DNA of 64,000 bases from Octopus sinensis (GCF_006345805.1 NC_043000.1:94240001-94304000), one strand, 5' to 3'; counted from the stretch's first letter, positions 11,521 to 24,918 are shown. Numbers and translations: made by a program. Notes: generated from the letters alone by a model not told the origin.

Positions 11521-12188
11521 GGGGTTAATTATAATGCCTTGTACGAAGGCAATCCGGCAGAATTGTTAGCATGTCAGAGAAAATGCTTGGCAGTATTGGC
11601 AGCACTTTTCCGCCTCTTTACGTTGTGAGTTCACATCACAATAGGTCAACAACGCCTTTCGTCCTTTCAGGTACAATAAAATAAAATACTACTGGAACAA
11701 TGGCATTGGTATAATAGCCTTGCCTCTTCCCCTCAAATTCCTAGCCTGTAGCTATTATTCCGAGACTATCAAACAATTACAGTGGTGAGCATGCATAATC
11801 GTTATCGCACCAGACAAAATGCTTACCGGATTTTTTTCAGGTTCGTTACGTTCTCAGTTCAAATGTCGCCCAAGGTTGACTTTGCCTGTTATCTTTTCGG
11901 AATACGGTCGATGTCATTGATTGCTAGTTTTGTGTCAAAATTAGAATGATTTCTACTGGCAATGTGTTATATGTACTGCTTGAGTTGTGATATTGGAATG
12001 AAAATGTCTTCATGTAGGATGTGAGCTTGCTTGGACACTGAATCACTGCCCAGTACAGATCAAGCGATCGTGGCCATTTCATAATATATCACACCAAGAA
12101 ATACACTGATTGCTGTGTTTTCTCTTTGTAAGAGAGTGAAGTGTAATTTTGAGGGAAATTTGGTGGCAGCAGCAGCAGCAGCAGCAGT

Positions 12189-12250
<62 letters not shown>

Positions 12251-12306
12251 CAGCAGCACTACCACCACCACCAATAGTAATATTAGCAGCAGCAGCAACA
12301 GTTCTG

Positions 12307-12339
<33 letters not shown>

Positions 12340-12569
12340 TTGGTGGTGGTAGTGGTGGTGGTGGTGGTAGAAAAACGGGAGCAAGAACAACGGAAAAAAA
12401 ATCATGGCTGTACTGTCTCTCAAAAGACATATATCTCAGGATGTTGGAAAGGAGGCAAGTGTTCTTGCTAAATTTCATTACGAAAGTTAAAGTTGACAAA
12501 AAAATAATAGAAACAAATATTACAAAATAAAATAAAAGGTAATAAGCGCAGTAATAGCAGGAGCAACAT

Positions 12570-12631
<62 letters not shown>

Positions 12632-13022
12632 GCGTCAGATGCCACATCATCTAATGCAAAAAAACTCTTTGACATGATCTTTAGATCTTTATATGTTACG
12701 CTTCGGCACTTCTATAAACCAGATTAGAGTAAATAGAGAAAAAGGAAAAAAAAGAAGAGAAAAAGCGGGGAGAGGGAGAAGAAGAAGAAGAAGAAGAAGA
12801 AGAAGAAGAAGAAGAAGAAGAAGAGAAGAAGAAGAAGAAGAAGAAGAAGAAGAAGAAGATTATATGAAATTGCAAAGTGATTGGCTGGGGAAGGAAAAAT
12901 AGATACAGGGCATACGTGTGTGTGTATGCGTGTGTGTGTGTGTGCGTGCGTGTGTTTAGTAAGTGTAAGTAAAATCATTATATTTATATGCATGTATTTA
13001 CGTGTATATGTGTATATGTGTG

Positions 13023-13056
<34 letters not shown>

Positions 13057-13092
13057 GATGCACACATATATACACACGTTCACAGATAGACT

Positions 13093-13183
<91 letters not shown>

Positions 13184-13844
13184 GAACAGGCGGATGTAGA
13201 GAAAGTTAAACAGATAAACGTGGAGAAAAACAAAGTGGGGCGAGAGAGAGAAGGAGTAGAGAAAGAGAGCCAGAGAGAAAAAAGAAGGAAAAAAAGTAAA
13301 AAGGAAAGTGATAGTGAGACGGTAAAATGCGATTAAGGAGAGAGGCGGGGAGAGAAATGGCTTAAAATAATGAGAAGAGGAGAGAGAGGGGGGAGGAAGA
13401 GAGAGAAAGTGAGATTAATAATAAAAAAAAAGAAGAAAAAATTGAAAAATTAATATTACAAAATTACTCCCAGGGACTTATAGAAAAATAAGCAAAGGAG
13501 TTTGAAAAATTAAAAAAGATGAAAGCAAAATATCGGTTTCATGATAAACAGAAGGAATCCATAACGAAGGATGGGAAAAACAGTATATATATTTAATATT
13601 TCATTGTTATATATATTTTCACTATTTAGTCTTATGAAAATTTACTAACCAGATGAAGAGTAGCTTTTGCAAGATTTTCCCTCATCATTGTGTATTTTGT
13701 TTCTATCTATCCACACTTAAAGGTGGATGTTCTGTTGGAACAAACAATACTGCGGTAGTTACCATGAGAGAACCTCTCATACCGGTTTTCGGTGCAAAAT
13801 GTACCCTCGTTTATATCGCTAGCGTGAAGATAAATCCACCCCGA

Positions 13845-13888
13845 CACCAGACACGTGATTTCGGTTTTTCATGACCTTGTCAATGATG
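13845..13888 (-). ncRNA. Hammerhead motif copy 1 (U3-A8 core)
   Basis: CAUCA-UUGACAA-GGUC(augaaa)AACC-GAAA-UCACGUG-UC-UGGUG. One nucleotide is missing from stem III relative to the family consensus. Confidence 0.7.
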
Positions 13889-14184
13889 GACGCCCGACTG
13901 CTAGACATAGCAGCGATTCATCTCCACCAGCGATGTATGGAAAAACATTGCCAAAACAAGTGCTGATCTCGCGATTAGCCAGTGAGCTTGTTAAAAACTA
14001 TATATTAGGGACAGAGGTAATAATGCCGAGAGTAAATATTTATCCCCACTTAAACGTGGATGCCCTGTTAGAACAAACATTATTTGCCTTGACAGAAACT
14101 CTCATAGTAGTTTTCGGTATAAAATGCACTCCCGTTTATATTGCTAGCGGGGAGATAAATCCTCGCCACTTCCAGCGCCGAGAC

Positions 14185-14229
14185 CACCACACCTCGTGAT
14201 TTCGACCTTCCTTGGTCATGTCAATGATG
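14185..14229 (-). ncRNA. Hammerhead motif copy 2 (decayed)
   Basis: CAUCA-UUGACAU-GACC(aaggaa)GGUC-GAAA-UCACGAGG-UG-UGGUG. A9U and G at position 17 make it probably inactive. Confidence 0.6.
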
Positions 14230-14462
14230 GACACTCAACCGCTAGAGATAGCAGCGATTCATCTCCGCCAACGATGTATGAAAAAACATAACCAGAACAG
14301 GTGCTGATGTCGCAGTACCAATACTGAAAGGTAATATTTATCTCCACTCAGAACAAACGATACTGCGGTTAGAACAAACAATACACCTCTTTTCGATGCA
14401 AAGCTTACACTTGTTCATCACACTAGTGGGAGATAAATCGCAGCCACCTCCAGCGCCGATGC

Positions 14463-14507
14463 CACCAGATCACATGATTTTAGTCTTCCATGCCCTTATC
14501 AATGATG
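14463..14507 (-). ncRNA. Hammerhead motif copy 3 (G12A, consistent with CpG decay)
   Basis: CAUCA-UUGAUAA-GGGC(auggaa)GACU-AAAA-UCAUGUGA-UC-UGGUG. Confidence 0.6.
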
Positions 14508-14585
14508 GACACCCGACTGCTAGAGACAGCTGCGGTTCATCACCACCAGCGAGATGTTGAAGTTATACTTGATATTGTTTGTGAT

Positions 14586-14995
14586 GTAGGCGCAGGAGTG
14601 GCTGAGTGGTAAGTAGCTTGTTTACCAATCGCACGGTTCCGGGTTCAGTCCCACTACGTGGCACCTTGGGCAAGTGTCTTCTACTATAGCCTCGGGCTGA
14701 CCAAAGTCTTGTGAGTGGATTTGGCAGACGGAAACTGAAAGAAGCACATCGTATATATGTATGTATGTGTGTGTATATGTTGTGTATCTGTGTTTGTCCC
14801 CCTAACATCGCTTGACAACCGATGCTGGTGTATTTACGTCCCCGTAACTTAGCGGTTCGGCAAAAGAGACCGATAGAATAAGTACTAGGCTTACAAAGAA
14901 TAAGTCCTGGGGGTCGATTTGCTTGACTAAAAGCGGTACTCTAGCATGGCCGCAGTCAAATGACTGAAACAAGTAAAAGAGTAAAAGAGAGTAAA
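14586..14995 (+). mobile_element. tRNA-derived SINE, family B, near full length
   Basis: Head gtaggcgcaggagtggctgagtggtaag...gggttcagtcccact, CORE-like ggcaccttgggcaagtgtctt, tail gtcaaatgactgaaacaagtaaaagagtaaaag. Further copies at 15.8, 40.7, 43.2, 46.8 and 47.3 kb. Confidence 0.85.
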
Positions 14996-15829
14996 GACTA
15001 ATTACATTGTCGGGACTATGACTTTAAACAGCACATGACTTTGAACTGTATAAATTGTGGAGCCATGGTTAAGAAGTTCCATGGTTTTGAAGAGTGTGGA
15101 ACCACCGCTGTTGTTCCAAGATGTACTCTGACCTGGAGTAGTAGCAATTTTCAGGGTCCCTGCTATGGATAAATAAGCATATTAGGGCTTGCCTGCTTAC
15201 GCAAGTGAAGACCGGGTCTGGCAGACTCTGCGGAAGAAATCTTCACGGTTCAAAAGAGAGGAAGGCGACTGCAGCAATGCATTGTCAAGCAAGATGGAGC
15301 AAAACATTTTCGTCACCCACAGTATGTCTCTATGCCCATTTGTCTTGACCTACTTTTCCCACTGGATTAAAAATGGTTATAGATGAAAGCGTGAGATTGA
15401 TGGTGCGCAGCTTTGCCTTTACTTTAAATAAAGTCACAACGCGAGTAATAAGTCATCCTTATGGTTAACGAGGTGGTCCTCGTCGCTCCGATGAACATAC
15501 AGATTTCAAGTAATTTTGTAGAATCATTGAGACATAGAATATTGAATAGACGAAATGCAAAGTCGACCGCGGCGGAAATTGGACTTGGAACGTAAAGACA
15601 GACGAAATACTGCTAGGCATTTTGTTTAGTGTGGTAACTATTCAGCCAGATATATAGAATATTGACGTCTGAATATTTAGAATGTTTTTAACGGTCTTTA
15701 CTGAGTGGTAAGAGTTTGTAAAATAAAGTAATGCAGTTCCTTGTTTCTTCTTACTTTCTCGGCACCATTATCACTTCGATGCTTTCGTTTCCTGTTTTTA
15801 TTTTTGTCTGTTTTTTCTTTGATGGGGAG

Positions 15830-16240
15830 AGATTGTTACGTAGCTATAGGAGCAGACGTGATTGTGTGCTAATAAGCTTACTTTCCAACAATACGGACTT
15901 GGATTCAGGCCCACTACGCGGCACTTTGGGCACCGATCAAACCCTTAGAGAGTAGATTTGGTAAACGGAAACTGAAAGAACTCTGTCGTGTATATTTGTT
16001 TGTGTGGGCGTGTATGTTTCTTATGTGTGTATGCGTGTATCTTTGTATTCGTGTTTGTTCCCGACTACCGCTTGAAAGCCATGTCGGTTTGTTAATGTCA
16101 TTGTAACGTAGAGGCTCGGTAAAAGAAACCGATAAAATAAGTACCAGGCTCACAAACAAGTACTGGGGTTGATTTGCTCGACTGCATCCTATAAGGTAGC
16201 CCATTGGATGGTCGCAGTCTAATAAATAAGCGAAAGATAG
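15830..16240 (+). mobile_element. SINE family B, diverged
   Basis: ggattcaggcccactacgcggcactttgggc...acggaaactgaaaga...aagtactggggttgatttgctcgact. Confidence 0.7.
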
Positions 16241-17229
16241 AAGATGGAAGACCGTATCTTGTTAGCTATAACACAACTCCGAGAGAGACAGACAGACAGA
16301 CAGAGGGTTGGAGAGAAAACAGAGTGGGAAATAATAATCCAAATATTTGCGCGTTGCTTTGTTTATCGACCCCCAAAGGATGAAAGGCAAAAGTGACCTC
16401 GCTGGAATTTGAACACAGGGCACAGAAAGACTTAACAATCAGCACAATGCTTTCTATCTGCCACTGTAATAATGTCTTCACCAATTCGCTGCCACATAAT
16501 GTAACCCACTGAAGTGTAACACATGCAAGAGAACCCTTTTAGGAGCAAAATTGTGCATTTTTATTATTTTTTATCGTGTTTCTAGGTATGAGTCAAATCT
16601 TGAAGCATTCTTAATTGTATTTGATTAGCTTAGCTCTTTGCCAAAAGGATATCACTTAACTTTTCTTAAACCTCCAACCATCCACTTGTCAATTCCGACA
16701 AAACTCTTTCAGACAAGCCTGTCACATCCGATGCCAGTTTTGACTCGCATGGCTTTCCGCAAACATAAAAACGCCACCAATTCGCTCACTTCATATTTCT
16801 GTGCTCACTGAAGTCAAATACGACAGATTCTTTAGTGGCTAAGGCGATCGGTAGGGTCTGTCAACATTCCAGCAAACGCTTTGAAATAGTATGCATTACA
16901 CAGATGGTCTCACACCTCAGCAAAACATTCAATTTCTTTTTGCGTGCCTGAATCTATCTACTCTCTCTTACGTCACCCACCCATTCTTTTACTCTCTCTC
17001 TCTTCTCTCTCTCCCCCTCTCTCTCTCTATATATATATATATCTATATATATATCTATATATATATATACACATACACACGCACACACATATATATACAT
17101 ACATATTATATTTGTGTGTATATATATATACACACATCCATGCGTATATATATACACGTGTATGTATATATATACATATACACACATACATATATATATA
17201 CATACAAATATATATATATACATATATGT

Positions 17230-17285
<56 letters not shown>

Positions 17286-17364
17286 GTGTGCATATATATA
17301 CATATGCATATATATATATATGTATATGTATGCATATATATATATGTATATATATATATACATA

Positions 17365-17409
<45 letters not shown>

Positions 17410-18248
17410 ATGTGTATGTATATCTATATCTATATATATATATATATATATGTATTTATATACATATAAATGTTTAGATATATATAGACACTTATATATA
17501 CATATATATATACATACATATATATATATATTTACATATATATATATATATATAATATATATATATATATACACGCACACACACGCACACATATACATAC
17601 CTATATTTCTCTATTTTTAACGTGAAATAAGAAAACCACCTCATACTAAGAAAAAAAAATTTGTGACGGTTATAACCCCGTCAACTGCTATTCTCAAATT
17701 CCTCAAGGTATTCTATTGCAGCTTATTCTTCCCAACTCTACCACGCAACCATCTGCTTGGCTGCGCACCACGCCGATCACTTCCCTGAGATCTTTAACAA
17801 AACTGTTATTTATTAAGAATCCACTGACAAAGCTTGTCCATCTCTCAGCCTTATTCGACTAAGGCTTTATACACGAACTTCACGGCTAAAGTAACTTAGC
17901 ATCGTAGTGTTGTTCGATGGCGTTACTATCCACCTCTACAAAACAGAACATGATACGGCTTCATCTCTGAACAATATTAAACTGAAGCCACCGCCTCGCT
18001 CACTTAATTGTTTCTTACAAGTTATAGGCTATAATTTCCCTCAGCAATTTCTTTTTGTTTACATTGGCAAGATATTCTCAAAGAACTCTGTTCATTAATC
18101 AACATAAGAAATATTTAACAGTACCAAGAGAGGATGGCCTTTCATGCAGACATGCATACGTACATACATACATACATACATCCATACATACATAAATACA
18201 TACATGCATACATACATACATACATACATACATACATACATACATACA

Positions 18249-18281
<33 letters not shown>

Positions 18282-18699
18282 GCATACATGTATACAGACG
18301 TACATACATACGTATATACTCACGGATAGATGCATACATTATACATATATACGCATGGGAGTAAATGCTTAATGTATGTATTAAGCATTGATATCGTAAT
18401 TTACTGTTTGACTCACCCAGTTTATTAGCTAAATAAACATATGCACAAACACACACACGCACACACACACAAACACATACACATACTCACACACACACAA
18501 ACACAGACACACACACATAAACACACTCATGCAAAAGCATAGGCATGCACAAATATACAATGATATAGGCAATACATTAACGCATACAATTACATGTGTG
18601 CGTGTGAGTGTGTGTTTGTGAGTGTGTGTGTGTGTTTGTGTGTGTGTGTGCGTGTTTGTGTGTGTGTGTGTGTGCGCGCGCGCATGTGTATTTCACAGC

Positions 18700-19045
18700 A
18701 TCACAGTATCATAGTATGCACCAGACTATCAGGGGCTGTTATACACCGCTGGTCACAATGTGCGTCCAATTTTGTCTTTTCCATCTTCATTCAAATTGCT
18801 TGAGCGAATCGTCTTGCCATCGCAGTAGAGGCCTTCCAAGTGGCCTTTTCCGATCTCTTGGATACCACACGGGTAACGGGTCCACCCGTTGTCTGTGTAC
18901 CTTGCAAGATATCAAATCAAGCCCAGCAGAGCTTGTGCTTCCTTGTACTCTGCAATCGCATCGTTCACTCCACTCTGTTCTAGAATTATTTCATTTCGAA
19001 TGTGCTGTCGTAATGATATTCCCAGTATAGACTTTTCCATAGCCT
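18700..19045 (-). mobile_element. RTE-clade LINE 3' fragment
   Basis: A minus frame reads VWYPRDRKRPLGRPLLRWQDD, the typical RTE C-terminal motif. Confidence 0.75.
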
Positions 19046-19072
19046 TTGCATCGTAGCCAATCTATATTCTAT

Positions 19073-19103
<31 letters not shown>

Positions 19104-19238
19104 CCTTCTTATCCATATGTACGTGTGTGTGTATGTATGCATATATATATATATAAGGATAAGATCGTTATTTAAATATCGATCTTATCAAGTGGCCACC
19201 ATGGGAATAAAAACCTTCGAAGGTGATAATTATTTTAA

Positions 19239-19492
19239 AATTATAATTTAGGGTGTCTAAGAGATACGACCACGCTGGAAATAGCAGCCAAAACCTGACT
19301 CTAAAGCGACATTAAATGTTCATACAGCACCTGGTTTTGTGAGAGTTTGGGAATGACATTTTGAATATAAAAACAGTAATATATATGTTTAAATCTCCTG
19401 GTGCTGTATGAACATTAAATGTGGTTCTAGAGTCAAGTTTTGGCTGCTATTTCCAGTGTGGTGATATCTCTTGAATATCCTAAATTACAATT
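19239..19492. repeat. Foldback/MITE-like inverted repeat (~95-bp arms, ~60-bp spacer)
   Basis: 19239-19334 pairs with 19397-19492 (ctggaaatagcagccaaaac / gttttggctgctatttccag). Confidence 0.85.
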
Positions 19493-19495
19493 TTC

Positions 19496-19527
<32 letters not shown>

Positions 19528-19889
19528 TAATCAAATCGTCACTAATTGTGATTACGGGTGACAATTAAATTGTTACTTCATCGTTTTATATTGCGCTTTA
19601 CTGCTTATTTTTATTTATGTATTTCAATGGTTTCTTATTTTAGCAGAAGGCGAGCAATAGTTTTTTTTAGAGAAGGAGTATTTAGAACGTATTAATTCCA
19701 GTACTGAACAGGTACTTGCCTAATCGATCCCGAAGAGATGGCGAGGAAAGTCGACCCCGGAGGAATTTGAATTCTGAACGTAAAGATGGAGTAAATGCGT
19801 AAAGCACTTTGTCTGGCGTGCTGTCAACTCTAACAGCTTTACTTTATTGGACACAAGGGCCAAACACAAAAACTAAAGGAAGATACAAA

Positions 19890-20790
19890 ACAAGGGGCAA
19901 GTTGAGCTTAACACAAAAGTACGTGTAAACAATAAAAAAATTAATAATTAAAAACAAAATTTAAACAAATTCCCCCAAAAGGAGGGGGTTTTGCGCAGGG
20001 TCAACCAAGGAATGCCACACATCCTAATCAACCTGAGCCTCCGTAACTTTCATCCGACCCTTCAGGGACAGCTTCTTGATTATTCGTCACCTCCCCCAAG
20101 GACTTGTCCACCTGGAGGTCCGGAACAAACCACACCCCGAGCAATTTAACTGGTCCTTTTATCCTGTGCCCTACGACACTGTCGGTCGGCATGGGCCTGC
20201 CTCTCCAAGTGCTGTGCTACAAGCCCACCAACTTCTGGCTAATTTTTGCTCCTGTCACCGCTTCATACTCACTTAGGTCACTTCAGATCACCTCGATTTT
20301 CGAGATGTCCGACACTATTATGGTGACAGCGTCCGCAAAAGATGACACGAATCTTTCGCATCCTAGTTCTCGCGAGATGCCCCTCGAAATACTCTGTAGC
20401 AATGGTTCGAGAGTCAGCAGGTACATCCGGGGCGAGAGTGAGCATTTTTGACAGACTGAACGTGCCATGCTAAACAATTCTGATCGCTAGCCATTTACTT
20501 TAACTACTGAATGGATGTCATTGTATATTGCAGCGATCCAACCTTTGACAACGAGTCCGAAACCGACTCCCGCTTAGACAGCCTCCAAGCTTTGATGGAT
20601 GAACCTATAAAGAGCTTTTGATTGATCCGAATTGATCAAGGCTGCACATATGCCAGGTTCCTTACATACCCCCTCTATGATGTAACATGAGAGGTGGAAG
20701 TTGTCGTGGATAGGTGTTTGGGATAGCGCTCGTATGCAAGTCCCGACTAGTTTATCGACAAGTACCAACCTTTTGGGTAACGCCTTGACC
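19890..20790 (-). mobile_element. Tx1/L1-clade LINE, internally deleted RT and 3' end
   Basis: Minus ORFs read LINSDQSKALYRFIHQ (cf. LDQSKAFDRVDH) and SVCQKCSLSPRMYLLTLEPLL...SSFADAVTIIVSD (cf. QGCPLSP..LALEPLL..AYADD). Confidence 0.75.
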
Positions 20791-21429
20791 CAAATCGTTT
20801 AATCTGCGTTTAGCAAAGTTACAAGCCTAACATTTCTCTGGAGTTCATGGTTTTTGTTGTCTGGTATTGAAGACACGTTTCCGAGTAATTTGGAGATCTA
20901 ATTTCAAAAGTAAAATACATTTTGCTCTATCACGTCAAGATTTCTCAGAAACTTAAATGTCCATTTTTCAACATTTCCGACATTGTCACCATTTCTAAGT
21001 ATAGATTTGACTTCAGGAAACGTAGACTCATGTATGGTATTCGTCATAAATTTGAAAACAAACAGTTTTTCAAGATTATTTGATGTAAATGCAGAGCAAC
21101 TTCAGTAACTTTCACTATTATCAATCTAATCCATTTTTAATGTCATGATGATGACAGAAATGCCCTTTATACAATTAGATGTTAATAAATCGTACATCTC
21201 TACCAACCACTATTATGTTTCCATCTTGAACACTACATAGTTCTTCAACGAACTAGTAGCTACTAATATCCTTGATTATAATTATTCTTTGTTTATTTCG
21301 CTCCGATGACTGTTAATTAACTTACTTGCAAATACTTGCTCAATAGCATATTCTCCACATGCTTAGCTATTCTAGAAACAGCAGTACGAGACTTTTCTTA
21401 CATACTATAATTACTCTGCACAATGTTTA

Positions 21430-21640
21430 AATTATGAATTAAATACCGTTCTATATTCAAGAGGTGAGGAATTATGTACATTATTTACATTATTTACATT
21501 ATGTACGTTTGACGGATATTTGTCCTCATCTTGTTTGTTGTTAACACAACGTTTCGGCTGATGTACACTCCAGCCTTCATCAGGTGTCTTGGAGAAATTT
21601 CGAAGCTGGGTTCTCATTCCCAAGGTATTTTTCGATGTTG
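21430..21640 (-). mobile_element. PLE-type terminal fragment carrying a hammerhead
   Basis: Short non-coding element next to (GTT)n/(TTA)n tracts that contains the hammerhead listed next. Confidence 0.55.
21543..21588 (-). ncRNA. Minimal type I hammerhead with an extra A after A9
   Basis: GACAC-CUGAUGA-A-GGCUG(gaguguacau)CAGCC-GAAA-C-GUU-GUGUU. Stem I 5 bp, stem II 5 bp, stem III palindrome AACGUU. Confidence 0.75.
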
Positions 21641-21654
21641 TTGTTGTTGTTGTC

Positions 21655-21745
<91 letters not shown>

Positions 21746-21783
21746 CAGTGATCTGAATAATAATAAAAAATAATAATAATAAC

Positions 21784-21869
<86 letters not shown>

Positions 21870-22180
21870 TAAGTAATTAAGGGTTTAGCAACGATTTGCC
21901 TCACCACACACCGAATTTAGAAATAGCAGTCAATGAGTTATAGCTATTCTTTCTACTAAAAGGGAGATCTCAGTAAAACCGCAGCACTTGAAAGGCAAAT
22001 ATATATATATATATATATATAATATATATATACTAGCTCTTTATGAACCACTTCTAGCCATCTTTGATAGACACCTCATCACCAACCTGTTTCAGTTGCA
22101 GTTTAAGCCGGGGTTTAATAATAAACCAAACCGGGTACATGTCGTACATACCTATTACATTTCGTCATTATACAAAAACC

Positions 22181-23057
22181 GGATCTTTTCAATTCTGAAG
22201 CCAGTTTTTTCAAATTTTTCCTACTGAACCAAACAATTTGAAACTTCGTATACTGGTAGAATGTGTCAAAAGTAAACTTAATTGTAAACCAGAATGAAAA
22301 CGGAATTGTAACTTCTAAGTTTAACGTTGTTTAATAATTAGAATTTTAACCGTCATTCGGCTTTATTTTATTTACTCCGTCTCGACCACCAATTTGGTGA
22401 CGTATTAAACATCTTAAATGTAAACAAGCCGCATGTCTCCGTGAAATCTCCTTCTAATTATTTAACGTACTCATGTTTCCAGGATCCTATAGTCAGCCAC
22501 CTTCTAATAACAATATTTAAAACTAGTTAATAAGCCACATGTATTAAATTGAAAATGTTTCCATTCTGTTAGTACTTGCTTTCGTTTGCTATTAAGAAGT
22601 GGCATCTCAGTGACGAGGCTTCTAACAAGATTTCGTTTCTAAGCTAATGCGTTTCATTTCACTTATTGTATTTATTTGCGCAAAAGGCAAGAAATTTAAT
22701 ATTAAAAAAGCAAAGAGCTGGCAGAAACGTTAGCACGCCGGGCGAAATGCGTAGCCGTATTTCGTCTGCCGTTACGTTCTGTGTTTGTTTACAGTTTTCC
22801 GAACGTTAGTACGTCACAAAAGCGCTTTCTACGTCACACTAATAGAATGCAGTCAAGTTTTACACATGAAAACAAACAATCTGATTGGTTAAAATTCGCA
22901 GTTTTAATCTACGATTAAAGTCATAAAATAGATTTTTCTCAAATAAACTAGTTCCAACCTGTGTCTTGTTTTGCTAGACTCTATCAGCATACGAAGTTTC
23001 AGAATATTTAGTTAAGTAGAAAGATCTGTGGTCCTGGCTTCAGAATTGAAAAGATCC
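22181..23057. mobile_element. Old TIR DNA-transposon/MITE relic with a SINE A fragment inside
   Basis: ggatcttttcaattctgaagccag...tgaaacttcgtata.tg.taga (22181-22260) is inverted at 22980-23057. Confidence 0.65.
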
Positions 23058-23356
23058 CAAAAACCTTTATATACATACATACATATATATATAAATATAC
23101 ATATATAAATATTTATAATATATATAGAAAGAGAGAGAGTGAGAGAGAGATACATACATATAATGTATTTAAATCTCTATAAATCAGAATAAAGGTGGAT
23201 ATAGTAGATATAGTGGTATTATTAATGGCAGGGTGTCCACGCCATAACGCTCCCTTTAGCCTTTTCTGACGATTGCTGGGATTTCTCTCAGCTCCTGGCA
23301 TGAAACCGATAGGTAAATTGGCCATTATGCAAATATGAAACAGAATCATATTAATA

Positions 23357-23395
<39 letters not shown>

Positions 23396-23759
23396 CTCTA
23401 TGTTTGTGTGTGCGCGTATGTATCCACTACTTTTATTCTACTGATGCTCCTCATTTGTCCTTTATACACATATGCACAGACACACACAGTCACAATAAAC
23501 CATACACATTCACAATACACGCTTACACACATGTAGATATACAAGAACACTCAAAATACACACACACACACTCACACATATTCCTGCATAAACTTTTTCT
23601 CATCTATACATATACACTCAACAATCATCTCCATCTCGCTACTCCCATCGCTCCCCACCGTGCCTACCACTACCGTCCTATGTTAACACCCACCTACCAT
23701 TTCGCCATAACTGCCATTTTACCGTCTCAGAGATAAACCGATTTGGCACTGAAAGGCTA

Positions 23760-24743
23760 CTGCTGATGCTACTTCGACATCAACTGCTGCTGCTGCTGCT
23801 GTTGCTAGTATTAATTCTTTCTATTCCCTTCCTTCATCTTCGCCTTCTACCTCTTTCTTCTTTTCCTTCTCTTCAAATACTTTCTTTCATCTTCTTTGTC
23901 TTCTTTTTCTTCCTCTTACTCTCTTCCCTCTTCTTCCTTCTATCTCTCTTCTTTCCTTCTTTCTTCTTCCTCCTCCTACATCTCTTACTCTTTTCCTACT
24001 TCTTTTTCTTCTTCGTTGTATCCTTCTTCCTTCTATTCTTCTCACTATTCTTTTTCTTTTTTTCTTTCATCTTTCTCCTCCACCTCTTCCTCCGCCTCCT
24101 CCCCTACACCTCTTTCTTCTTTTCTACTCTTTTTTCTTCGTCGTTGCCTTCCTTCTATTCCACTTTTCTTCTACCTCTCCTTTTCCTTTATCTTTCTTCA
24201 GTTCTTCCTCCTCTTCTTCATCTTCTGTTTTTCTTTTATTCTTCTTTCTCGTCATCCTTCTCCTTACCTTTTTCTCTTTTCCTACTTCCTTTTCTTCTTC
24301 GTTGTATTTTCTTCATTGTCTTCTTACTCCACCTTTCCCTTTTCTTTTCCTTCTCTCAATTAATTTGCTTCATCCTATTCTTCTCTTCCTTCTCCTTCTA
24401 CTGGTCCTGCTGTTGCATCTACTCCAAAATCTATCAGCCCCCTCCCTCAGTTACCAAGACTACCACTAATATGACCATTACTACCATCACTCAGTCACCA
24501 TCACCGACATAGTAGTACCTCTCACCGGCAAACCCGCTAGACATAACAACCAAACGCATCACATTCCACTGCTTTAAAAAGCGAAGGAAACATTGGATAT
24601 ACAAGCAAACCAGGATGGCCAGGCTTAGAACGTCCTAAATAATAGTCATGCGCGATTAGGAATGCTGAATAGAAACAATATCAAAACAAAATAATTCGTC
24701 TCGTGTTGTATTACGTATAACCGCATGTAGTAGTAGTAGTAGT

Positions 24744-24784
<41 letters not shown>

Positions 24785-24885
24785 GGTGGTGGTGGTGGTA
24801 GTAGTAATAGTAGTGGCAGCAGCAGTAGCAGCAGTAGCAGCAGTAGCAGCAGTAGCAGCAGTAGCAGCAGTAGCAGTAGCAGTAA

Positions 24886-24918
<33 letters not shown>

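Larger units (their letters stand above)
13700..14560 (-). repeat. Tandem array of ~340-bp monomers (about 2.7 units), each with a hammerhead motif; retrozyme-like
   Basis: tatcc.cact.a at 13708/14041/14338; tcaatgatggac at ~13880/14221/14499. Homologous array at 43945-44345. Confidence 0.85.
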
